A stretch of DNA of 32,000 bases from Wallemia ichthyophaga EXF-994. Taxonomy: Eukaryota > Fungi > Basidiomycota. Below the pieces are notes generated by a model. It was not told the DNA's origin. It saw nothing but the letters and a program-made list of their open reading frames with translations, and did not search any database. Both the position numbers and the translations under genes were made by a program. Location: assembly GCF_000400465.1 (NCBI RefSeq), contig NW_008806281.1, positions 60,001 to 92,000 of the forward strand. The letters run 5' to 3'. Below are positions 21,601 through 30,404 of this stretch, one piece after another (the first letter of the stretch is position 1; each line of letters starts with the position of its first letter).

Positions 21601-24600
21601 CAGGTTGGCGAGTATCGAACGTGATGGCGTCAGGCTTATCAGAAACAAAGCTAAACCAGTCAAGTGACTCGATCAAAAAATTACCACCGAAGACAGAAAC
21701 ACCGTTGAATATACTACCATAATGACCAGGAAGCTCGAAAAGTGGTTGTTTCACGTCCAGGTTTGGCAGATGAACCCTCTTGAAAGACCAGTCAATCTTG
21801 CCATGGTCCTCACGAGGTTGCTTGACGTCTGGTTGCTTCACATCGACGTGTGGCTGATCAACCTTTTTGAAGTTCCCGTCAACCTTGCCATGGTCCTCAC
21901 GAGATTGCTTGACGTCTGGTTGCTTCACATCGACGTGTGGCTGATCAACCTTTTTGAAGTTCCCGTCAACCTTGCCATGGTCCTCACGAGATTGCTTGAC
22001 GTCTGGTTGCTTCACATCGACGTGTGGCTGATCAACCTTTTTGAAGTTCCCGTCAACCTTGCCATGGTCCTCACGAGATTGCTTGACGTCTGGTTGCTTC
22101 ACATCGACGTGTGGCTGATCAACCTTTTTGAAGTTCCCGTCAACCTTGCCATGGTCCTCACGAGATTGCTTGACGTCTGGTTGCTTCACATCGACGTGTG
22201 GCTGATCAACCTTTTTGAAGTTCCCGTCAACCTTGCCATGGTCCTCACGAGATTGCTTGACGTCTGGTTGCTTCACATCGACGTGTGGCTGATCAACCTT
22301 TTTGAAGTTCCCGTCAACCTTGCCATGGTCCTCACGAGATTGCTTGACGTCTGGTTGCTTCACATCGACGTGTGGCTGATCAACCTTTTTGAAGTTCCCG
22401 TCAACCTTGCCATGGTCCTCACGAGATTGCTTGACGTCTGGTTGCTTCACATCGACGTGTGGCTGATCAACCTTTTTGAAGTTCCCGTCAACCTTGCCAT
22501 GGTCCTCACGAGATTGCTTGACGTCTGGTTGCTTCACATCGACGTGTGGCTGATCAACCTTTTTGAAGTTCCCGTCAACCTTGCCATGGTCCTCACGAGA
22601 TTGCTTGACGTCTGGTTGCTTCACATCGACGTGTGGCTGATCAACCTTTTTGAAGTTCCCGTCAACCTTGCCATGGTCCTCACGAGATTGCTTGACGTCT
22701 GGTTGCTTCACATCGACGTGTGGCTGATCAACCTTTTTGAAGTTCCCGTCAACCTTGCCATGGTCCTCACGAGATTGCTTGACGTCTGGTTGCTTCTTGT
22801 CGACCTTAGGAGATTCTAAAACGTCTATAAGCTTGGTTGAGAATTTCAAACTATAATCAAACTCACCATCAATCTTGCCAGTGACTTTGCCATTGTAGGT
22901 GCGTTTGTATTCCCTGTAGTCTCTGTCAGCAGGCTGCTTCCCCTTTTCATCGACCTTTTCCTGGTGACGCTGGGTGGGTTTGCGTGTGTCTTTTTCTTCA
23001 TCATCATCTTCATCTGATCCTGAGTCTGAATCTGACGATGAATGGTCGTCCTCGTTACCTTTCTTAGCGCAGGTGCATTTCTTGCTTGTGCACTTGCCGC
23101 AATTGGAGCATCTCGAGCACTTAACGCCACTGCAGTAGCTGCAGTCCTTGAGGAGCTTAGGAAGATGATCGCCATCTTCAGTCTCACCCTCTACCTGTTT
23201 CTTCCACATGGTCGCAAACATGCCGTTAAGGCTGAGAAGGTGAGAGTGCGAACCGCTCTCAACGACGCGACCGTCCTGCACAAAGAGGATGAGGTCGGAT
23301 TTAGCGATAGTGGAGAGTCTATGAGCGATAATGATAGTAGTGCGACCCTGACTGAGCTCGTTGAATGCAGCCTGGATCTCGCGCTCTGTATTAGTATCGA
23401 GAGCCGACGTAGCCTCATCTAGACACAGTATAGGAGCGTCTTTGAGGAGAGCGCGTGCTATTGCAATGCGCTGTTTCTCCCCACCACTCAATCTTACGCC
23501 TCGCTCACCGACGCGCGTATCGTACCCGTCTTGGAAGGAGAGAATGCGCTCGTGCATCTGCGCCGCTTTCGCAGCCGATACTATCTCCGCATCTGTAGCA
23601 TCATCCTTGCCGTATTTCAAATTAAACGCGATGGATTCGTTGAAGAGGGCGCAATCTTGCGGTATGATGGCTATGAGACGACGTAGAGCATGTTGCTGCA
23701 TATCGCGCAAGTCTACCCCGTTGATAGTGATAGAACCCGCGTCGACGTCGTAGAAGCGGTAGAGAAGACGCAGAATAGTGCTTTTACCACTACCACTTTC
23801 ACCCACCAGAGCAACTGTCTGACCTGTAGGCACTTGGAACGACAAGTTATCGAGTGCGTATCCAGAACTATCATACCTGAACCCAACCCTATCGAATTTG
23901 ATGAGTGGTTGACGAGTGTGGAAAGCTACTGCGTTAGGCTTGTCGTTGATATCAGTGTGCTCGCTAAGCAGTTGCATTAGCTTCTCACTATCAACTAGAC
24001 TCGTATTAATCGAACGGTAAATCATCCCGAGATTGTTCAAAGGCACGTATAGCTGCTGGAGGAAAGTTAAGAACACTACCAGCTCTGCTGCATCAGATCG
24101 TCCTTGCGCTACTCCCGCACAAACCACTGCCGTACCCGCTGCTATACCCGAGACAATAATAACGTTCTGTGCCATGTTCAAAAGATACAGCGACGCTATC
24201 ACCTTTTTCTCCACCGCTTGGAAATTCTTGAAAGCGGTAGTGTAGCGACTGATTTCATGCGCTTCGGCTGTGAAATACTTGATCGTGTCGTAGTTGAGCA
24301 ATGCGTCCGTGTAGATCGCCCTTGTTATATTGTCCTTAGCGACGTAGTCGCGACGCTGCGCTGTGCGCCAGCGTGTGATAAGCACCGATATATACCCATA
24401 GAGGAACATGACAGACGCGATGATGAGCGACAACACCCCACCGAATTTGAAATAGAAGTAGCCGAGAGCGACACAGATATCGGCGACAGTGGGGAAGATA
24501 GAAAATAGAAGCATTTGGAAGAAGTTGTTCAAAGCTTGCCCCTTGTCGAGAATACGCAGAATCTCACCAGTCTTCCTGTGCGTGTGGAACGCCAGGCTAA

Positions 24601-25715
24601 GATTGAGGAGATGGGTGAAACAGTGAGTAGACATGTTCCGGTCTGTCCACTGTGTTATAGGAATCCAAGCGATGTTCTGGACTACTTGCAAAAGGCCTCC
24701 GGAGCCTTGGAAGAATCGAAGAGCGATATAAATGATCAAGTGCTTCCAAGGCGAGGAGTAGGAAGAGAGGTCTTCGACAACTTTACCCAACTGAATTGGA
24801 ACGAGAAGGTTGATATATCTACCGACAAGTAACAAAACAAGACAGAAGAAGGCAAGTGTTTGTAGGCGTGGTGAACCACGTGGCCAAAGGACATCACCGA
24901 GTTGATACATACGTTTCATGAACGCACCCATGCCAGCAGAAGGAGATTTGTCCTTTGCGTCGTGCGTAGCATCGTCACTAGTTGTGTCAGTTGTGTCAGT
25001 TGTGTCTTCGCTGGTTGCACCGTACTGTATAGAGTCGTTGAGCAAGGGAGAGTTCTCACCAGGCGCAGCATTGCCATGGCTGTCATACCTGACGAAGGTA
25101 GTAGTAACACCGCAAACAAGCAACGCACTTCCAATAGCAAGACATATGACGCGTAATGACTGAATCGCGATGTGTGCATATTCAATTGCAGGGAGATGCT
25201 TTGTATCTGTTCGAGTGAGATTGAGTACTAGAAACCAAAATAAACCCACCAGAATAAAATTTAAGATAGTCAATCCACGTAATAAGAAGACTCAATTCGA
25301 GGATTACCGATATAATGTAGAAAGATTGGACATAAGAGCAGATATTTTTATTTTTCTGGACCGCGTAGGCAATGGCAAGGGAACCAAAAGCATATGCTGC
25401 AGAAGCACCGATGCAATGCACGACGAGTGCCAGCCAGTGCTCGTATATGACTGGATTGCGATAAACAGATTTGAAGATAAAAAAGTGTAAAAAAGACGCG
25501 AGTAAATCAGCAAAGTAGGTAAATAGTACAGATTGCGTAATTACGAATAACCACACACGTCTGTATCTCTTTCGAGATGGCTGTGGATCTGGGGGGGAGA
25601 TATACACTCTAGCGAGACCAAATAAGACGACGGCATTGAGTAGAATAGGAATAGCATAGCGGGTAATTAGGATAACTTGCGGTGCAGCGCGCAATCCGAT
25701 TGCAATTACTGCCAT
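15674..25715 (-). CDS. HMT1: Giant HMT1/ABCB6-type half ABC transporter (~3315 aa predicted) with a C-terminal extension of repeat arrays and four degenerate NBDs; exons 25715-25250, 25206-17203, 17151-15674
   Basis: Hydrophobic N-terminal TMD0 and an ABCB6/HMT1-type TMD (RYINLLVPIQLG, LRFFQG.GGLL, FHTHRKTGEILRILDKG, DALLNYDTIKYF, QQLYVPLNNLG). Intact NBD with GESGSGKST, LSGGEKQ, LDEATSALD and IAHRLST. Introns 25249-25207 (GTGGGT...CAG) and 17202-17152 (GTATGT...GACTAA...CAG) both splice in frame; summed exons are 9948 nt = 3316 codons. Confidence 0.88.
15839..16589 (-). repeat. Degenerate ABC NBD copy 4
   Basis: Matches copy 3 at a 1413-bp offset, including the ATMWTKLVRSQEK end. It is preceded by an acidic linker instead of an 87-bp array. 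Confidence 0.92.
17252..18002 (-). repeat. Degenerate ABC NBD copy 3
   Basis: Matches copy 1 at a 3648-bp offset but ends in ATMWTKLVRSQEK. Confidence 0.92.
18143..19360 (-). repeat. One B-type unit, a duplicated pre-array linker, and 87-bp array A2 (11 full units)
   Basis: The A2 block matches A1 at a 3648-bp offset and gives the same 365-aa shadow ORF. It is preceded by one DVNYKK unit and the linker DGEFNYSLKFSTKLIDVLESPKVDKK. Confidence 0.93.
19397..20147 (-). repeat. Degenerate ABC NBD copy 2
   Basis: Appears identical by eye to copy 1 at a 1503-bp offset. Confidence 0.92.
20291..20860 (-). repeat. 87-bp coding tandem array B: 6 full units of variant DVNYKKVDQPHVDVKQPDVKQSREDHGKV
   Basis: Same period with array-specific substitutions (GN-F to VN-Y; mostly TCG rather than TCT Ser codon). 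Shadow ORF 233 aa = 24 + 6x29 + 35. Confidence 0.95.
20900..21650 (-). repeat. Degenerate ABC NBD copy 1
   Basis: Walker A reads SDGDSGNNT, signature LNGGD, Walker B FCFDVTS and H-loop ISNRIS. Ends in ARMWTKLVGG. Confidence 0.92.
21791..22800 (-). repeat. 87-bp coding tandem array A1: 11 full units of DGNFKKVDQPHVDVKQPDVKQSREDHGKV
   Basis: 87-nt period read from the sequence. Unit count from the antisense shadow ORF: 365 aa = 24 + 11x29 + 22. Confidence 0.95.
23070..23146 (-). other. 8-Cys cluster directly after the active NBD (CSYCSGVKCSRCSNCGKCTSKKCTC)
   Basis: Read directly from the long ORF: CxxC-x4-CxxCxxCxxC-x4-CxC, followed by an acidic DDHSSSDSDSGSDEDDDEE run. Confidence 0.85.
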
Positions 25716-25739
25716 GGTGGAGGTTTGGAGTCAACGTTC

Positions 25740-27414
25740 ATGATGACATCAAAACAGGCATTTAATCTTTTTAATAAGGTACCTCGGCAAGTGACACAGT
25801 CTTATGATGTCCTGATTGTTGGCGGTGGGCCTGTTGGATTGGCGTTGGCTTCGTCACTGGGATCGTGTGCCGATCTCAAAGCACTCAAAATTGGATTAAT
25901 CGAAGCGAATTCGCTGGATGGCGTGAGAAATTGGAATGGAAATGAACTCCCAGCGTATTCGAATAGGTGTTCGTCGATTAGTGCTTCAAATTACGTGTAT
26001 TTCCAGCGTGAGTTGAGTTTGACAAGTGGAGGTTGTGACAGCTGAAGAAGATGCAGGCACAGGTGGTTTAAACACTCTTAATACATGCCGTGTTTCTCCA
26101 GTCAACAATATGCAGGTCTGGGATGGCAGGACTGATGCCAGGATCACATTTGGCAGGCAGCTCGACGACGAAGACTACGGAGCACTCGCAAAGGACAGCA
26201 GCACGCTTTCGTATATGATGGAAAATACAAATCTGCAAAAATCATTCCTCGATCATATTGACAGGTCGACGTCTATTGACATACTCGACTCGGCAAAGAT
26301 TAGATATATAGATCGTGATAATGAGTGGCCCAGGGTTAATTTAGAAAACGGAGATAGCCTACGTACACGGCTCATAATTGGTGCAGACGGGTTCAACTCA
26401 CCTGTACGGAAATTCTCCGAAATCGAAGCAGTGGGATGGTCATACAACGCAGCAGGATTTGTTTCGACATTAGAAACACAACCATCTCATAACGCATCAC
26501 ATTCATCACAAACAGCGTTTCAAAGATTTTTGCCAACAGGACCGATCGCTTATCTGCCGTTACCGGGCTCAGCAGCGTCAATGGTGTGGTCAACAACACC
26601 TGAGCTTGCGAACAAGTTCAAACAGGCTGACATAAGAGTGCTTGGGTTACTTATCAATGCTGCGTTCAGATTTAGAGAGGATATACTTGCAACACTTTAC
26701 AATAACGTAAATCTCGACTATGATAGCTTTTTACTGCTAGTGAAGCAGCTTGAGAGTGCACAAGGAATTGATATGACTACCTCGCGACAGATTAGTAACG
26801 GAGTAGCTGATGGGATACCACCAAGTGATCATGAAGGGTTTCCACCGTTAGTGACATCAGTAGTGGATGGATCGCAGGCATCATTCCCACTGAAACTAAA
26901 TCATACTGATGGATATGATGGGAATAGAGCAGTATTGGTAGGAGACGCGGCTCACAGCTGTCACCCACTTGCAGGACAAGGGTTGAATTTAGGGATGGGA
27001 GATGTGCAATCACTCACGTCAGTACTAGCAGAGGGCCAAAGATTAGGGGGAGATATAGGAAGCAAGACGATATTGGAGAGGTATACGAGGGATCGCTATG
27101 TAGTAAATCTAACCATGCTTATGATGACAGATAAGTTAAATGCGTTGTTCCAAGTAAGTGGGGAGAACCCACTGGTGCAGCTGCGTAGTATGGGGTTGGA
27201 GATGATCAATGAGATAGATAGGGTGAAGGAATTCCTTGTGAGACATGCAGGCACAAAGGGCATAGAGAAGGAAGATGGTGATAGTATTATAGCAGATGGA
27301 ATAGAGAGTGTTGGAAAAGCAATAACAATGCTCAGCGCAACAGCAAGACAAGTTGGGAGATTTGGAGAGGGAAAGGTAAACGAAATGATGAATGGAATTG
27401 TAAATAAGAAGTAA
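25740..27414 (+). CDS. COQ6: Ubiquinone biosynthesis FAD-dependent monooxygenase; exons 25740-26007, 26057-27414
   Basis: Motifs YDVLIVGGGPVGLALA, NRCSSIS, MQVWDG, LIIGADGFNSPVRK, AFQRFLPTGPIAYLP and VLVGDAAHSCHPLAGQGLNLG. A 49-nt intron (26008-26056, GTGAGT...CAG) restores the frame. Confidence 0.93.
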
Positions 27415-27476
27415 GAAATAAAAAAATCAAGCATAGGATATGATTTGTGCGATAAAGAGATGATATAGAGTTGAGT

Positions 27477-28010
27477 TTAGAGGGAGTTCATTTGAGCGAT
27501 AACTTCGTCTAATTCACGTTTCATCGAACCCAACTTTTCTTGAGAGTCTTCATACTTTTTCTCCCAGGCATCACGTTCTTGTTCAACGCGCTGTACTTGG
27601 CGTTCAAAGTGCTCAGCTTTGACGTCAACTTGACGGAGTTTTTCAGTGACGTCTTTCAAATTCTTTTCAGAGTTGTCGAGTTCGTCTTCTAAGAGGGCTA
27701 TTTTGCGATGTAAAGCTTCAGCGTTTGTGCGGTGAGCGTCTTCCTCGTCTCTGAAACCTTTCAAGTCATTGAGACGAGATTCGAGGGAATCGTTGTCAGA
27801 TTCAGCGAGACTGAGTTTGTGTTGAAGGGATTGAACTTCTTGTTCCCTTTGAAGGGAATCCTGTTCAAGCTTCTTTACACGTTCCTCAGAAACTTCAGCC
27901 CTTTCAAGGTTGGAATCAGCTTCAATGCGGAGGTTGTTGAGTTTCTGTGTGGGTGTCAGTGTTATATTATTTGTAAATGAACCGATAAAAACCTCTTTAA
28001 TCTTCTCCAT
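27477..28010 (-). CDS. TPM1: Tropomyosin; exons 28010-27993 and 27944-27477 (161 aa spliced)
   Basis: Removing 48 nt (27992-27945, GTTTTT...CAG) gives MEKIKEKLNNLRIEAD..., a continuous coiled coil of 161 aa. That is the length of short fungal tropomyosins such as Cdc8 and Tpm2. Confidence 0.92.
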   Translation of the reverse strand: MEKIKEVFIGSFTNNITLTPTQKLNNLRIEADSNLERAEVSEERVKKLEQDSLQREQEVQSLQHKLSLAESDNDSLESRLNDLKGFRDEEDAHRTNAEALHRKIALLEDELDNSEKNLKDVTEKLRQVDVKAEHFERQVQRVEQERDAWEKKYEDSQEKLGSMKRELDEVIAQMNSL

Positions 28011-28937
28011 TCGTGATGAAATTTGTGGTTTGACGTGTGGTTTGACTTCAAACGTAAGTTTAATTCATCAAAACCCTAAGATGGGTTTCGGGGCGGGTGA
28101 AAAATAAATTCGACCGAGGAAAGAAGCCTAAATGAGCTTTTGTTTCCAATTGAGCGAGGAGAAAATTTTTAACGAAATGTTCATATTCTAGAAAATTTCC
28201 CGAAAATTTTGATCAAGAATGTAAACAGGTATGAATGCATTATGTAGATATTACACAGTTTTACACCGGTTTACGCCTTTGTTCGACTCCTGGGAAGAAA
28301 TGAGGCTAACGTGGAGAAACGGCTCGGATGGCGACTAGGTGCAGCCACAAGTACTTAGATAATAGAGGTTAATTGTGCAGGAAAGCCAATTTGTTGTCTA
28401 GGCTCACTATAACGAATGGCTTCAAATGCTCAATTCGAAGAAATGGTCGCTATGATGAACAGGGAGCGTGAAAAGGAGAAGAAGAAGCTGTTTTACGCCG
28501 AAGATGTAGCTAAGATCAGCAAAAGGACCAAAAACGCATTAAAAAATACAAGGAGAAGACAGAAACTGCCATAAAAAACGATTGGGGATTTCTCGTCAAT
28601 CCCAAACAACGCAAGGAGGATGCCACACCCTTGGCATCAGTAAAATATATGTCCAAGACGAAGCTATAATGCTTATGGATTTGCGTCCCAACTCCCTCAA
28701 CACGCGTCAAGTAAGTTACGTAATTCAATTGCAATGTCTGACGTGTGGCAGATGGTCTCGGCTCTTTCAAAAGAGGGAATAGAGAAGGCGAAAGCTCACT
28801 ACGATGGAATAACCTGCTTCAACACGAGTATTGAAAAGAAATTTGACTTGATATCAATTCCCAATTTTTTACTTTAAAGTTTATTCGAAGTCTTCTTCCT
28901 TGTATATTACAATACATATTTACTTGTGTCATTCCAT

Positions 28938-30040
28938 TTATACTGTACCTCTGCGCTTCACTGGTGAATGAGACATCCTAGCCTTGGAAACTTGTTCTGC
29001 CTGCGAAGGTCTCTTATTTACATTACTACCCCTAACTCCTCTCTTTGCTGGCATTCCCTTCCCTCCCTCATTGGTGTCCTTCAGCTTTGCCATCTTCACC
29101 CTTCCTGCAGCCCTCTGCTGTGCCTCTACTGTGCCTCTACTGTGCCTCTACTGCTTGGTTTGCGGAGCTTGTAGGTTTTGATGGGTTTGTAGTGTTTGCT
29201 GTGTTTGCATTGTTTACAGTGCTTCTACTGTTATCATTCCTATCGCCCTTTCCTCTAGCACCGGCAAACGAAAATGGCCTTGGCGTTGGCGGTGCTTACT
29301 GCACCTTCTTATGTTTTTTCACAATTCTCGTCTTTACTATACCTTCTTCGCCGCCTCCAGAGCTACTCAATTCCTTTGCATTAGTTGTACTACTACTACC
29401 TCCACCGAATATCTTCTTGCCTACACTCTTGATCATCCAAGCGGCCTTGCTAGCAGTTGCGACTCGAGTTGGTGGTTTCCCGCCTCCGATAATCCTACCA
29501 AGTGGTCTTCCTCTAGTGTTAGCTGTCATACTTAACCGTCTCTTCTGTCTCGACACCTCTAATCTACGCTTGATATCATCTCTACGCTCCTTTTCATTTA
29601 AAGGTACAGTCCCCTTGATTCTCTTGTTAGGTTGGCTTGGTTCTGCTACAGATGATCTAGCTTTAGCTTCCTTCTGCGTAAAACCCTCGTCTTGAGCAGA
29701 TGAGGTGGGTTAAGTAGGCTGTGTCGTTTGCCTAGATTGTTCAGACTTCGATGGACTTGCCTTGCCCTTGGTCTATGCTCTCGGCTGACCTGGCTTCTTG
29801 GGGGAAACCTTAGGTTTGGCTGCATAGTGATCGGCTATACTGCCCATCTTCTTAAATTAATTCTTATGTGCATAATCGAATTTCCTCTTTATCTTGAGAT
29901 TCGTGTTTATTTTGATATTCGTGGTACTGTTCAATCCTAACTGCGCTGCACTCTTTGATGATCTACTCGTCTCTGATTGCGCTTCAAATTTAGGCTTGAC
30001 TTCGGCAGTTGGCAGACGTCTGTTCAGTTCATTCATAATG
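28938..30040 (-). pseudogene. Disrupted K/R/S-rich low-complexity gene of unknown family
   Basis: Protein-like frame EKERRDDIKRRLEVSRQKRRLSMTANTRGRPLGRIIGGG...SPVKRRGTV*, interrupted by in-frame TAA codons (about 29710 and 29296) and a frameshift at an 11-bp repeat. The 5' boundary is uncertain. Confidence 0.5.
29112..29154. repeat. 11-bp tandem repeat (CCTCTACTGTG), about 4 copies
   Basis: cctctgctgtg-cctctactgtg-cctctactgtg-cctctactgc, read directly. Confidence 0.9.
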
Positions 30041-30404
30041 GATGTAAAACCTGCAATTGAAACACCTGACTGCTATCCAAACACGAATTGTGGCAGTGGT
30101 GGGTACACCTTAATTGATGCGCTTTCACTTGAGCCGTTGCTATTGTTAATTCCAGACAGACTTGGTCTGTTTACGAACCAAGGTTATGGCGATGGCGGTT
30201 TATTGTCATTGCTGACTAGTTTAACGGTATCGTCAATGATTTTGAAGAAAGAGAATTGACACGACACGTCTGTAAGATGTTAAAATGTAAAATAGAAAAT
30301 AACATGTATATAAATATCAATAAACAATAGATTTACTTAAAATAAAATAAAAATAAAAATAAAATGACAATCAATTAAGATACCTTTATCAAGTACATTC
30401 ATCA

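Noticed and set aside
15939-21663. Recurrent identical small ORFs (74 aa plus strand, 64 aa minus strand)
   Set aside because: They are alternative-frame by-products of the four pseudo-NBD copies.
18143-22800. CRISPR-like appearance of the regular repeats
   Set aside because: Units are directly adjacent with no unique spacers, the period is a multiple of 3 inside an ORF, there are no cas genes, and the context is eukaryotic.
18074-22819. Long hydrophobic plus-strand ORFs (365, 233 and 365 aa) with (NLAMVLTRLLDVWLLHIDVWLINLFEVPV)n
   Set aside because: They are antisense shadows of the 87-bp arrays. One stop-free unit makes the whole array open, and the ORFs end as soon as the repeat ends.
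29045-30259. Plus-strand ORFs of 216 and 121 aa rich in L/F/V
   Set aside because: Their composition is what the antisense of a K/R/E/S-rich minus-strand frame produces. No ATG start or recognisable motif.
30290-30365. AT-rich (TAAAA)n stretch
   Set aside because: Ordinary poly(dA:dT)-like intergenic tract upstream of the ARID gene; nothing further is supportable.
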